Shown here piece by piece: positions 1 to 10,481 of a stretch of 64,000 nt of DNA (position 1 is its first letter; every line of letters starts with the position of its first letter). This stretch comes from a virus, in the IMG/VR virus record IMGVR_UViG_3300047557_002769, positions 1-64,000 of that record, one strand, 5' to 3'. The notes under the pieces were generated by a model. It made no database searches. It was not told the DNA's origin and saw only the letters and a program-made list of their open reading frames with translations. The position numbers were made by a program, and so were the translations under genes.

Positions 1-500
1 ACATCAAAAAGATCAATACCCCTGGTTGTAGAGGACATTGGTAAAACTTTTTCTACACCAACTACAGCATCGTTCAGGGAAATATAACGATTATCAAAAT
101 TACCTAACGTAATAGAAGATAGAGTAGCAGTTGTACCAGTCGTACCACCGGTAATTGTCTCGCCAGCGGTAAACGTACCACTAACGTTCTTGACATTCAT
201 TCTATTACTGCTAACGTTAGCAACTACAGACGCCGTTGCACCAGATGTTGACCCGGTAATTTTCTCGCCGTTTTGAAAGCTTGCTGCGTTGATACCGGTA
301 ATTTGAATTAATGATGCGGTAATCTTTTCTGAAAGATAAACCAGCTCTACCGCATCATAATGAAATTCGCGATAGGTCTGGAATGCTTCGTCAATACGAT
401 CTTCGATCTGATCCTCATCCACGTTAATTTCAAGTACGGGATGGCCTAGCTTGCGTAAGCAATAATCGATTAGTTCTTGTCTGGTAGATGGATTAGCCAT
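1..500 (-). CDS. gp13: Neck protein gp13-like, N-terminal part (runs off window)
   Basis: Manual translation from ATG at 500: MANPSTRQELIDYCLRKLGHPVLEINVDEDQIEDRIDEA..., the typical T4-like gp13 N-terminus. Not in the ORF track because it is truncated. Confidence 0.9.
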   Translation of the reverse strand, partial: MANPSTRQELIDYCLRKLGHPVLEINVDEDQIEDRIDEAFQTYREFHYDAVELVYLSEKITASLIQITGINAASFQNGEKITGSTSGATASVVANVSSNRMNVKNVSGTFTAGETITGGTTGTTATLSSITLGNFDNRYISLNDAVVGVEKVLPMSSTTRGIDLFD

Positions 501-517
501 AGGTATCCTTTTTTAGA

Positions 518-525
518 TATTTATC
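518..525 (-). promoter_or_regulatory. T4-type late promoter variant GATAAATA upstream of gp13
   Basis: One mismatch to TATAAATA, 17 nt upstream of the gp13 start. Confidence 0.5.
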
Positions 526-3379
526 AACCAATTCTTCTCCATAAAGTAATCGATGAGACATACTCAATTACTTCTCCGATAGCTATTGAGTTATAGTTTG
601 TAACTATATCGCTAGTATAAGAATCATTAAACACACCTTCCACCTGTGTATACTCTAAAGCACCATTATCAGTATAGGCTATTGGTCCAAGATAAGGTAT
701 AAATTCAGTACCTGTATATTGAACCCCGGAGTTTACATAATCTTCACTAAAAGAAGATGTATAGTTAGTTTGTGTTAAAAAAGCTTGATTATATCCAGCA
801 TAATCAGCTTCATAGATCGAAATATTAGCGAATACTTTATCATAATACCCTATATAAACTAGTTGGTCAGAATAACTTGTATTATATGTATTAGTATAAT
901 TGTTTATTGAATTATCAAAAATCACCGCATCGAGCGGTGATGTATCCAAACCGGTGTATGTAGTGTTATAATTAGATTCGGAATATAAATTCACACTAGA
1001 ATAGTCTGTGGATCCAATATAAGCGTCAATAGTGTAAGTTGCTGGTGATGTGTATTCTGTTGTATAGACTTCCGCACCGCCACTACCACCCAGAAAGACA
1101 GTTACATAACCTATAGTGTAATTAGTATCAGCTGTATATACGATCGTGTTAGATATAAAGAGAGAAGTATATTCGATTGGACCTGTGTAGTTGGTATCGT
1201 ATTGACCTATATAGGACGTGCTAGGCCCCACGTAACCATCTATAAATCCTGCAAAGTCAATATCACTGGTATAAACACTAGCTACTACCGAATAATTGAG
1301 ATCTCCTGTATAGTTAATTAGGTACCCGGGTATACCCTGATACAGCTCAGAATAACCTAGAAATGTAACATAAGAAATATCATAAGTTGAATCAAATGTA
1401 ACAAATGATTGATCACCCGGTGAAGTATAAAATGCAGTTTGATCGTAGATCGTCGTAATAATATTTGTATATGCTACGCCTCCTTCGCCAGTATACTCGA
1501 TAGTGTACCCTATATCAGGGTCGGTGTATTGTAATAGGGTAGTATAAGTTAAATTTGGACCGGTGTATAAGATAGGACCGGCAAAATCTCTTGATCCTAG
1601 GTAAGTTAAACTCTCAAACGCTCCACCCGTGTCTCTTGCGTATATCGCATTACCGGTGTAGTAACCACCTACAACACCAATATAAACATCTGTACCAGTG
1701 TAGTAAGCAGAAATAATATATTGAACAGACCCCGGTCCGACGAAAGGTACATCGCGATTATAGTTGGTTGTGCCTGTATAAATTGGGTTAACAACAGTAA
1801 ATGTTGCAAAAGTCGAAAAGACAGTATCCGGGTCAGTATATACTGTACTAAATGTATCAAAAGTTGCGTACTCTGGTTCAACAATATTTGTATAATATGC
1901 TCCGCTGTTGTATATACTTGCTGCGTCACCTGTATAGCTAGCTAATGTGTAACTATTAGTAAAGGTAGAGGTAAAATCTAATTCATTACCACCAATGTAT
2001 TCTTTCTCGCTTAAGAAAGTAAACTCACCTGTATACGGTATCTGATATGCCAAACTATCATACCCGAAGATATACGGCGTGGTGTAATAAATGTCGTCTA
2101 AGGTATAGCTAGACTCACCTACAAATATAGTCGAGTAATCAGTGCTATCTGCAATACCGGTATATAGATTTGAAGCTCCGGTATAAATACTGACATTTAA
2201 AAAGTTTATATACGATTCTAAATCATTTGTGTAATCTATGTCACCGATAAATGTAGTTGCATTTGTATATACAATAAAACTAGTATAATCTGTATCATAA
2301 AATCTAGTCCCCGTGTATGTATTAAGGGGGCCGAAATAAGTACCACCTGGTCCAAAATAGTTAGTTGTTGCAATTGGTACAGCATTATTTTCGTAAATTA
2401 CATTGTATAAACTAGTAGGGCTGTTAAAGAAAGTATCTAGTGTATAGTTTATTGGACCGGTATAAAAAATAGGACCAGTATACGTCTCATTTAGATATTC
2501 TTCACCGGTGTACGCAATGTCACCAGGTCCGGTGTAAACATTATCATAACCAAATGGCCCTGTGTAGGAGACTGCATCTTTTAAATAGTCGGCGATATAG
2601 TTAATAGAATCATATGTTAGTATATAACCATCCGGGGTTAAATAAATCGTATCGGTTGATCTTCTTAGATCATAAATTGTACCTCTCGCTTCCCACACGC
2701 CGTTCTCTGGAGCTGATTCCTGCAATACATAATAATTTTTACCTGATGAATTAATATAGTCTTCAACTATTTTTATAGTGTTGTCAATATCTGCAACACT
2801 AAAAACCTGTAACTCACTGCTTACTAATTTGCTTGGACTTATGTAGCTAGAAGTTCCGCTGTCTATCTTCTGCCATAGATGGTATGTTGACTGAACCTCT
2901 GTAAAATTATTAAAAGTATCCTGTATACTTCCTCTACTAACCCAGGTATCGCCATCCGAAGGAGCAGACTCACCGAGATAGTAAGAAGTTATTCCACCAG
3001 ATAAAACAACGCTTAAAATTTCAGCAGCTACGTTAGCGTGAGTATCTTTATTTTCTTGTAAAATAGTTGTATTACCAACTAGATTCAATCCAATAAAATA
3101 GGGAGGATCAGTAGCTACCTGCGTTGATTGTATTTGAGATAAAGTATAAACATTAGATACAATATCTACGTTTGATCCGCCCTCACCGGAAGCACGTGCA
3201 GTATCAGTAAAATTACCAATAACGCTACCTTGAGCGTTACCGAAAATAATAGTACCTGTGTAAGTACCACCGGCCATACGGCGTAATACTTCGCGGTAGA
3301 AGCTATCAAGCTCTGACGCAGATGCTTCTAAAAGCTCTACACCAGATAGGGTGCTGGTGCTATATACAATACTGACCAT
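524..3379 (-). CDS. Giant Tyr/Thr-rich putative virion appendage protein (paralogue A, 951 aa)
   Basis: About 240-aa N-terminal repeated domain, then ~700 aa of YT/YTG(P) motifs; ends ITLWRRIG; in the structural region. Confidence 0.7.
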   Translation of the reverse strand: MVSIVYSTSTLSGVELLEASASELDSFYREVLRRMAGGTYTGTIIFGNAQGSVIGNFTDTARASGEGGSNVDIVSNVYTLSQIQSTQVATDPPYFIGLNLVGNTTILQENKDTHANVAAEILSVVLSGGITSYYLGESAPSDGDTWVSRGSIQDTFNNFTEVQSTYHLWQKIDSGTSSYISPSKLVSSELQVFSVADIDNTIKIVEDYINSSGKNYYVLQESAPENGVWEARGTIYDLRRSTDTIYLTPDGYILTYDSINYIADYLKDAVSYTGPFGYDNVYTGPGDIAYTGEEYLNETYTGPIFYTGPINYTLDTFFNSPTSLYNVIYENNAVPIATTNYFGPGGTYFGPLNTYTGTRFYDTDYTSFIVYTNATTFIGDIDYTNDLESYINFLNVSIYTGASNLYTGIADSTDYSTIFVGESSYTLDDIYYTTPYIFGYDSLAYQIPYTGEFTFLSEKEYIGGNELDFTSTFTNSYTLASYTGDAASIYNSGAYYTNIVEPEYATFDTFSTVYTDPDTVFSTFATFTVVNPIYTGTTNYNRDVPFVGPGSVQYIISAYYTGTDVYIGVVGGYYTGNAIYARDTGGAFESLTYLGSRDFAGPILYTGPNLTYTTLLQYTDPDIGYTIEYTGEGGVAYTNIITTIYDQTAFYTSPGDQSFVTFDSTYDISYVTFLGYSELYQGIPGYLINYTGDLNYSVVASVYTSDIDFAGFIDGYVGPSTSYIGQYDTNYTGPIEYTSLFISNTIVYTADTNYTIGYVTVFLGGSGGAEVYTTEYTSPATYTIDAYIGSTDYSSVNLYSESNYNTTYTGLDTSPLDAVIFDNSINNYTNTYNTSYSDQLVYIGYYDKVFANISIYEADYAGYNQAFLTQTNYTSSFSEDYVNSGVQYTGTEFIPYLGPIAYTDNGALEYTQVEGVFNDSYTSDIVTNYNSIAIGEVIEYVSSITLWRRIG

Positions 3380-6264
3380 CAGTTACCCCAGACAACATTA
3401 CCTGATGCGTCTTTAATTATCAGCAATCTATTCGAACTATCATACAACCCTGCTGATCTCATAGAACCAGTGAATACAGCATTACTTGCATTAATGTTTG
3501 CAGAAATTAACACATTACCGACTACATGTAAATTTGCTAACGGTGTTGTTGTGTTTATACCGACTTCATGTGCTATAGAATCAACATGAAGTACGTTTGT
3601 ATCAACGTTAAGGTTTCCAGAGATAGTAATATTTGATACTGTTGTAGATGAAATAGATGCTGCTAGTTGAGCATTCGACACAGCCCCAGTTGCACCGCCA
3701 ACCGAAGTTACTCCAGCAGAGATTGAAGCGTTAGCAGCGGAAGTTATTCTACCTTGATTATCTATAACAATTACAGGTACACTTGTTGTACCACCATAGG
3801 TATTTGCAGTAACACCGGTAGGCTGTAACTGAGAGGCTATAATATTACCAGATATATTGCTATTTGCAACTGTTATTGTTGCGTTTGCGGCCGATGTTAT
3901 TCTGCCCTGCTGATCAATAACAACTACAGGGGCAACGCTTGAACCACCATAAGTACTTGCTGTAACACCAGTAGGCTGAATCTGACTAGCAATAATGTTA
4001 CCAGTAATATTACTATTTGCTACCGTACTGGTAACGTTAGATGCCGAAGTAATTCTACCCTGGTGATCAACAGTAAATACTGCCTGAACTGCAGCGGCAC
4101 CATACGTTGTGGGTGTAACACCAGTAGGTTGTAGTTGACTAGCTAAAATATTACCAGTGATGTTTGAGTTAGAAACTGTTGTTGTAACATTAGATGCAGA
4201 TGTAATTCTTCCGAATGTATCTACGGAAATTACTGCTTGAAGTGCTGCAGCACCATAGGTACCTGCACTTACACCAGATGTAGCTAAAGCAATTGTGGGG
4301 GTAGCCCCTTCATTAGCTAAGTTTGTTAAGCTAATACCAGAACCCTGGACTAGGTTAGCAACATAAGAACCAGAGGTTTCTGTACCAAGAACAACATCTC
4401 TACCAGTGTTGTGGATTATAAATGAGGCAGCGCCGGTGTTAACTGACCATCTATCATTTGTCTCATCCCAAAATAACTCTACATTAGCTGATGATCCTCT
4501 ATTAACAATAATACCTGCATCCTGGGTAGGTGCACCGGTATGATTGGAATTTAAAACAATCTCATTGTCCGCTAAATCAATAGTCTCAGTGTTAATTATT
4601 GTCTGTGTACCGGAAACAATTAAGTTACCTTGCACAACAACGTCTCGTGCAACCAGGTTCGCAGTAAGTGAAAGAGCAGTACCTGAGGCAGTTCCAATAT
4701 TAGGTGTTGTTAGAGTAGGAGAGCTAAGTGTTGGAGAGGTGGAAAAGACTAGGTTACCTGACCCGGTCTCATCACTAATTACACCAGCAAGCTCTGCAGA
4801 AGTAGTAGCAGCAAAGGCTGATAGCTTAATACCAGATAATGCAACGTTAGCTGCACTAGTAATTCTACCCTGATGATCAACAGCTACAGCAGGAATATTA
4901 ACAGCACTTCCATACGTTGCAGGTGTAACACCTGTGGGTTGTAGCTGATATGCAATAATATTGCCGGTAATATTTGAGTTAGCAACTACAACTGTTACAT
5001 TAGATGCCGCGGTAATGTGACCTGTGCTATCAACGGTAAATACCGGTACAACTGATTGACCACCATACGTTGAAGCAGCAACACCAGAGTTAAGGTGTGA
5101 AAGAGTTAAAGAGGTGCCTGATTTAACAGCGCCTATTGGAGCAGTATTTGAAACAGTGTTAACAAAACCTGCACCTGTAATGTTAGCTAAAACCCTAGCG
5201 TTGGTAAAATAAAGATTAGTACCTTCAGTGACGTTAGATGTATTAAGCACACCAGAAGATGTAATTCCAGCTGCTAGTTGAACGTTAGATACAACACCAG
5301 CTGCACCACCTACTGATATAACCTTTGCATCAGTATACGTTGTTGATATCGATGTACCCTGCCACGTACCCGATTCAACTGTCCCAAGACGTGAAAATGT
5401 GAATGTGCCTGCTGTACCTGATACATTACCAGTAGTAACGTTGCCGGTCGCGGTAAATGGACCGGTATAGGTTAAAGCGCCGGTACCAGCTCTACCTAAA
5501 GTAGCTGCATCACCGGTGCCAAAATTTATATAAGCATTGGCGGGGTCTTGAATTCCTTTTATTCGTATAGCATTAGCTATATTATAATCACCTACCCAAG
5601 CATCATCACCTATACGGTAATTCTCACCATTGCCGTTGTTGTTTGAGATGAATCTATCTGCTGTTACGTTTGCAGTGAATGTCGCATTTGTAAGAGTTTG
5701 ACTGGTCACTGTAGCAGCAACTAGTTGTGCGTTTGATACGGCACCTGAATTAACACCGGCTACCGATGTAATAGTACCTGAACCTGCTCCAATTAAATTT
5801 GTGCTTACACCGGCGCCTGCTGTTGTCAGGTCAACATATACCCCTCTTGCATCACCGCCGCCTTCAAAAATACGCAGTTTATTTTGATAAATGTCGATTG
5901 CAACATTACCGGCAAGAGTCGTGTTGGTAGATGGTTTACCAAGATTTATTTGGCCACCTTCATCACCCCCAATGGCACCTAAGCTTAATTCTCCTCCGGC
6001 AAAAATTGCCCCAGAAAAACTAGCATTATCTAATTGCTGAGATGATATTGCTGTTTTTACTCTAGCATTAGAGAAATAAAGATTTGTACCTTCGGTGACG
6101 TTAGAGGTCGTACCCGCACCAATAACAATGACAGTACCGGAACCATCCTTTGTGTAAATGACTTTATCAGCTAAGTTTACAACCGGTTCGCCAACTAGAA
6201 CATTAGCAGAATCCGGTGTCTTTCCGGGTACGGAAGATCTTTTTAATTGAATATCAGCTGCCAT
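3379..6264 (-). CDS. Tail fibre-like protein (961 aa)
   Basis: N-terminal IQLKRS...GEP motif, EGTNLYF motifs, six GVxxxTYG...VDxxGRITSA repeats, G/T/S/N-rich. Confidence 0.8.
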   Translation of the reverse strand: MAADIQLKRSSVPGKTPDSANVLVGEPVVNLADKVIYTKDGSGTVIVIGAGTTSNVTEGTNLYFSNARVKTAISSQQLDNASFSGAIFAGGELSLGAIGGDEGGQINLGKPSTNTTLAGNVAIDIYQNKLRIFEGGGDARGVYVDLTTAGAGVSTNLIGAGSGTITSVAGVNSGAVSNAQLVAATVTSQTLTNATFTANVTADRFISNNNGNGENYRIGDDAWVGDYNIANAIRIKGIQDPANAYINFGTGDAATLGRAGTGALTYTGPFTATGNVTTGNVSGTAGTFTFSRLGTVESGTWQGTSISTTYTDAKVISVGGAAGVVSNVQLAAGITSSGVLNTSNVTEGTNLYFTNARVLANITGAGFVNTVSNTAPIGAVKSGTSLTLSHLNSGVAASTYGGQSVVPVFTVDSTGHITAASNVTVVVANSNITGNIIAYQLQPTGVTPATYGSAVNIPAVAVDHQGRITSAANVALSGIKLSAFAATTSAELAGVISDETGSGNLVFSTSPTLSSPTLTTPNIGTASGTALSLTANLVARDVVVQGNLIVSGTQTIINTETIDLADNEIVLNSNHTGAPTQDAGIIVNRGSSANVELFWDETNDRWSVNTGAASFIIHNTGRDVVLGTETSGSYVANLVQGSGISLTNLANEGATPTIALATSGVSAGTYGAAALQAVISVDTFGRITSASNVTTTVSNSNITGNILASQLQPTGVTPTTYGAAAVQAVFTVDHQGRITSASNVTSTVANSNITGNIIASQIQPTGVTASTYGGSSVAPVVVIDQQGRITSAANATITVANSNISGNIIASQLQPTGVTANTYGGTTSVPVIVIDNQGRITSAANASISAGVTSVGGATGAVSNAQLAASISSTTVSNITISGNLNVDTNVLHVDSIAHEVGINTTTPLANLHVVGNVLISANINASNAVFTGSMRSAGLYDSSNRLLIIKDASGNVVWGN
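3720..4275 (-). repeat. Tandem ~153-bp (51-aa) repeats within the tail fibre
   Basis: GVTxxTYG...DxQGRITSAxN...SNITGNIxASQxQPT units at ~153-bp spacing; boundaries approximate. Confidence 0.85.
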
Positions 6265-6293
6265 ATGGCTCCAATTAAACGGTTATATAACCG

Positions 6294-6482
6294 TTAGTTA
6301 GTAAATTCAGATTTCTTTTCTTTTTTATTTAGCTTGTTTAAATCATTTATTAGCTTTTGATTTTCTTCTAAAGCAAGCTGGAGCTGAGTCTCAAGTATTA
6401 ATACTCTTGACTGCAGCTCGTTTAACTTGCTGTTACTTCTTTCTAAAACTAACTTATAAAATGTAGCTTGATCAATTTCCAT
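6294..6482 (-). CDS. Small coiled-coil protein between fibre genes
   Basis: 62 aa with a heptad pattern; tightly packed between neighbours. Confidence 0.75.
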   Translation of the reverse strand: MEIDQATFYKLVLERSNSKLNELQSRVLILETQLQLALEENQKLINDLNKLNKKEKKSEFTN

Positions 6483-6489
6483 TTATAAC

Positions 6490-9261
6490 TCAATATGTTC
6501 CGCCGTCAACTTTACCATTGAAGTAATCAGCGTAAACGTTGCCTGTAATACCAACACCGCCAGCTACTCTTAACGCACCAGTTGCATTTGATACTGCAGC
6601 TGTATGTGTTGTATTCATGGTGATAACTTTAGTGCTACCGTCATTGAATAATGTAAAGTAGGCTTCGTCAGCCTGCATAGTAATCTTCTTACCGCTCTCT
6701 AGGTAAATTTTAGAATAAGAAGTAGGATAGTTACCAGCAGCAAGGGATAGAGCACCGGATGCATCGCCAAGACCACCTCTTACCTCTAGAATACTAGATG
6801 ACAGAGGTACAATTTGATTTTTTTCGTTACCGAAACTTAAAGCTGTAGATACGTTAGCGTTTGAAGCAACTAAATCCGCGACCAGAGTAGCTATTTCGTA
6901 CCCAGTGCCTGCAATGTTAATTGTGGAAGTTAAATTATCCTGGCCTTGTAATCCCTGGAATAATCTAAACTTACCATCAGAAGCATCTCGGAATAGACCA
7001 GCGTGCTCATGGGTACCACCGTCATTATTATAACTACCGTAGAAACCAATATCGATAGTATCCGCTAATATGTTGTTGTTAGCAAGCTGAATTAGTGAGT
7101 CTTCAACTACTAAGTTTTCAACCGGCAGAGCAACAACGTTACCGGTAACATATAGGTTACCAGAAACGGTAAGATCCCTAGCAATTGTAACGTCGTCTGG
7201 AAGCCCGATCGTAATATTACCTGTGCTTCCGCTTACGTTTATTTCGTTTACGGTACCGGTAACCGATGTAACACCATTGTTAGTTACAGTTACATTACCG
7301 TTGTTGGTATCAAGACTTATACCATGCCCGCCAGATAGTAATCTGGTAACACCGGTATTAGTAACTGTTACTGAACCGGTAGAAGAACTTACAGTTAAAC
7401 CGTACCCACCTGAGGCAAGAGCTGTTACACCGTCGTTATTAATGGTAAATGTATTACCTGACAGTGAGGTAGAAACGCCTGTACCACCTTTAACGGCTAG
7501 TGTTTCTGTTGCCAGGTTAAGGCTATCAGTACCAGTATCACCAACTAAGTTAACTAAGATATCTACGTTTGAAGCCGCAGATAATCTTCCATAAGAATCA
7601 ACTGTAAACGTTGGTACTTTGCCTGCTGTACCATATGATCCAGCACTAATACCTGTTGTATTAAGCGTGATGGAGATAGTAGTATTGCTGCCCTCAGACG
7701 TCAAAGACGTAGCAATACCATCCTGGCCATCGATGATGAGTTGATCACCGGTGTTAAATGTGTCTGTATTATTATCTCCACCTTTAATTGTAAAGGAAGT
7801 AGATATTGTTGTATTAGATGCAGATGTTATTCTACCGAACTGATCTACAGTAAATACAGGAATTGATGTTGTGCCGCCGTATGTTGTAGCTGTGACCCCG
7901 CTAGGTAGTAAGGTAATATTACCTGTAGCAGTATCGTATGCAATTGCATTACCACTTGTTAGCGAAGCACGCGCTCTTGCATTTGTGAAATACAGATTAT
8001 TTACTTCAACAACGTTGGCGGTTGTTAAGTGATTAGATGTGTACGCAGTTCTCTGTACAGAGTTATCAGAGAAAGTAATCTTACCATTAGTAGCATCTGT
8101 AAGATTTAATCCACCGAGAGTATCGATATCACCGCCGAACTTACCACCGGACTGTACAACTAACCAACCTGCATAGCTAGAATTTAAACCACCGTTATTA
8201 GTTGGTAAGGCTGTACCGACAAATAAACTACCTTCAATTCCAACGCTCATGTAATTTGAGCCGTTAACACCGAACGTGAATAGCGAATTATTAGCGGTTG
8301 GTGATGTTGCGTAGAAACCTGCTTTTAAATCACCAGTTTGAGCTACCCCGCTTTGCCCGCTCCAGTAGTAGGTACCGGTCCCCCCGTCAAGATTTAAATC
8401 AGAATTGCCAATATTAAACCCATACAGGGTAGGCATAGTATCCAGAACAACTACTGCACCACTTCCTGAATAACCAGTAATCTGATTACCTTGTATAGAA
8501 AACTTATTATTTGCCCCTACCGAGACATCATAAGTTTTATTCGTAAAAGTTGTAATGCTATCAGCGGTTACAAATACTGCAGTAGCTGAATTGGCTGCAG
8601 ATGTAATACGACCTTGAGCATCTACTGTAAATACAGGTATCGTACCTGATCCACCGTACGTATTAGCTGCTACTCCAGTGTTTGTCAGTGCAACAGTAGG
8701 AGTCGCAGTCTCACCGCCCTGGTTAGAAACTTCAATACCAGTACCAGCCAAGACGTTAGCAACATAGTCACCAGTAGTATCTGTACCCAGTGCAACAGAA
8801 TTAACGTTCGCTGTTGTAGTGATTGTTACATCAGATGTACCGTCGAAGCTTACTGTACCAGTTACATCACCTGCCAGAGTGATGTTGCGTGGTGTTGTTA
8901 AGGCATTTGCAAAGTTAGCAATATTAGCTGACTGAGCTTGACCAGTAACTGTACCGACAATGTTTCCAACCAGCGTGTTAGCAGTAATTACGTTAGCACT
9001 AAAATTTCCCGATGCGTCTCTTTGAACAAGAGCATTTGCTGTGTTCGCACTACTTGCCCCGTCAACCTTATCGGTGTAATATTTACCACCAACTATGTGT
9101 ACAACTTCATTATTACTTGAATCAACTGACTCAATATACAGCCGTGCCCCTACACCGTCATTAGCTTTATCTTGAGAGTAAGCTAATTCACCTACTACCA
9201 GATCAGATGTAGATGGTGCGGTTACATTAGCAGATCTTTTAATCTGAATAATCGTTGACAT
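6490..9261 (-). CDS. Tail fibre-like protein (923 aa)
   Basis: IQIKRS...GELAYS N-terminus, three TYG...GRIT-type repeats, C-terminal VDGGTY. Confidence 0.8.
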   Translation of the reverse strand: MSTIIQIKRSANVTAPSTSDLVVGELAYSQDKANDGVGARLYIESVDSSNNEVVHIVGGKYYTDKVDGASSANTANALVQRDASGNFSANVITANTLVGNIVGTVTGQAQSANIANFANALTTPRNITLAGDVTGTVSFDGTSDVTITTTANVNSVALGTDTTGDYVANVLAGTGIEVSNQGGETATPTVALTNTGVAANTYGGSGTIPVFTVDAQGRITSAANSATAVFVTADSITTFTNKTYDVSVGANNKFSIQGNQITGYSGSGAVVVLDTMPTLYGFNIGNSDLNLDGGTGTYYWSGQSGVAQTGDLKAGFYATSPTANNSLFTFGVNGSNYMSVGIEGSLFVGTALPTNNGGLNSSYAGWLVVQSGGKFGGDIDTLGGLNLTDATNGKITFSDNSVQRTAYTSNHLTTANVVEVNNLYFTNARARASLTSGNAIAYDTATGNITLLPSGVTATTYGGTTSIPVFTVDQFGRITSASNTTISTSFTIKGGDNNTDTFNTGDQLIIDGQDGIATSLTSEGSNTTISITLNTTGISAGSYGTAGKVPTFTVDSYGRLSAASNVDILVNLVGDTGTDSLNLATETLAVKGGTGVSTSLSGNTFTINNDGVTALASGGYGLTVSSSTGSVTVTNTGVTRLLSGGHGISLDTNNGNVTVTNNGVTSVTGTVNEINVSGSTGNITIGLPDDVTIARDLTVSGNLYVTGNVVALPVENLVVEDSLIQLANNNILADTIDIGFYGSYNNDGGTHEHAGLFRDASDGKFRLFQGLQGQDNLTSTINIAGTGYEIATLVADLVASNANVSTALSFGNEKNQIVPLSSSILEVRGGLGDASGALSLAAGNYPTSYSKIYLESGKKITMQADEAYFTLFNDGSTKVITMNTTHTAAVSNATGALRVAGGVGITGNVYADYFNGKVDGGTY

Positions 9262-9281
9262 GCTTGGCCCTTATTAATATT

Positions 9282-9521
9282 TTAATATGTTCCACCGTCA
9301 ACTGAAGCTATTGCGCCTGCGTCGACTGGTTGAGAAATCCATAGGTTAGTCTCTGAATCATATACCAGGGTATATCCATCTTGTAAGTTTGATGTATCAA
9401 CATTACTAAGACCCTGAATAGTCAGAGCACCGGCTTTCTTCACCACGACACTACCTACTGTCTGCGAACCCTGGCTAACAGTGATATTATTAGGGTTAGG
9501 TGTGCGAACAGTAACAGCCAT
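9282..9521 (-). CDS. Small virion/fibre-associated protein
   Basis: LSNVD...DGYTLVYD...W motif; ends VDGGTY like the neighbouring fibre. Confidence 0.7.
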   Translation of the reverse strand: MAVTVRTPNPNNITVSQGSQTVGSVVVKKAGALTIQGLSNVDTSNLQDGYTLVYDSETNLWISQPVDAGAIASVDGGTY

Positions 9522-9856
9522 TATCTTGTTGCCTCAGGATAAATTGTTACAATACCCTCAACAATTCTCTCAACCTTACCGGTTGCTGTCTCTACTAATT
9601 CGAGATCATACACGTAGCGCCCTTGTTTAAGAGCTGAAGTTTGTGTATTAGTAAGAGATAATGTAATTTCACCTTCAGAGGGATTTAAAATACTAACAGT
9701 AAAAGCGGTATTGCTGTTAGTGTAATACGATTTTCTTAGCTGTGATCTAGCAGTATAACCGGTTAAATTTCTAGCTGTACCGGTATCGTCCGTAACCGAA
9801 ACAGTTACAGTATACGTTGTGCCTTGATCTATAAAAAGGTTAGAAACGACAGCCAT
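9521..9856 (-). CDS. Conserved T4-like virion structural protein
   Basis: DQGTTY...GEITLSLT...GRYVYDLE...RIVEG pattern seen in fibre regions of T4-like phages. Confidence 0.7.
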   Translation of the reverse strand: MAVVSNLFIDQGTTYTVTVSVTDDTGTARNLTGYTARSQLRKSYYTNSNTAFTVSILNPSEGEITLSLTNTQTSALKQGRYVYDLELVETATGKVERIVEGIVTIYPEATR

Positions 9857-9877
9857 ATGGATCCTATTATGTTATCT

Positions 9878-9885
9878 TATTTATA
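9878..9885 (-). promoter_or_regulatory. T4-type late promoter TATAAATA
   Basis: Exact consensus upstream of the fibre genes. Confidence 0.75.
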
Positions 9886-10467
9886 TTATTCCGGTTTGAG
9901 ACCAAATTGTGTTTTTAAGAATTTTCTTTCGGTCTCAGAGAGATAAATCCACACAACAATAGCTTCACGCGCGCCAGATTTTATTTCTGTGGCGGTATGC
10001 TTTAAGAATGAAGGAAAAACGATGTAAGAACCGGCTTCTTTCTTAAGCTTATGAATGTTCTCACCAACTCTTACTAACAATTCACCGCCTTCGTAATCTT
10101 GTTCGTCAGATATATTGATAGAGAAGGTTAACCCTCTAGTTCTACCCCCCTCGCGATAGATATCATCTTGATGCCATTTGAAAAAACCACCAGGCTCATA
10201 TCTAACGTACTGTATTTCAGCAACATCAGTTACATTTAAATTCAAGCCTACATATTCAATAGCAATAGCGGATTGTAGGTAATTAAATATATAAGGTGTT
10301 TCTTTTGGTTTAGGGAAGTAAACAAAAGAATCTCTTACACTCAAGTTAACAGCCTGCTTACCAGTTATACTAGACACGAACTTTTTATCACGAAAAGCGT
10401 CAACTTCGCGTCTTATTCTTGCAAGCTCTGTGGGGGTAATCTTACCGTGTCTGATGTACTCGTACAT
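9886..10467 (-). CDS. 2OG-Fe(II) oxygenase (prolyl-hydroxylase/PKHD-like)
   Basis: YEPGGFFKWHQD (HxD), YEGGEL, FPSFLKH, distal R. Confidence 0.9.
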   Translation of the reverse strand: MYEYIRHGKITPTELARIRREVDAFRDKKFVSSITGKQAVNLSVRDSFVYFPKPKETPYIFNYLQSAIAIEYVGLNLNVTDVAEIQYVRYEPGGFFKWHQDDIYREGGRTRGLTFSINISDEQDYEGGELLVRVGENIHKLKKEAGSYIVFPSFLKHTATEIKSGAREAIVVWIYLSETERKFLKTQFGLKPE

Positions 10468-10481
10468 TTTTTCTAATATTT

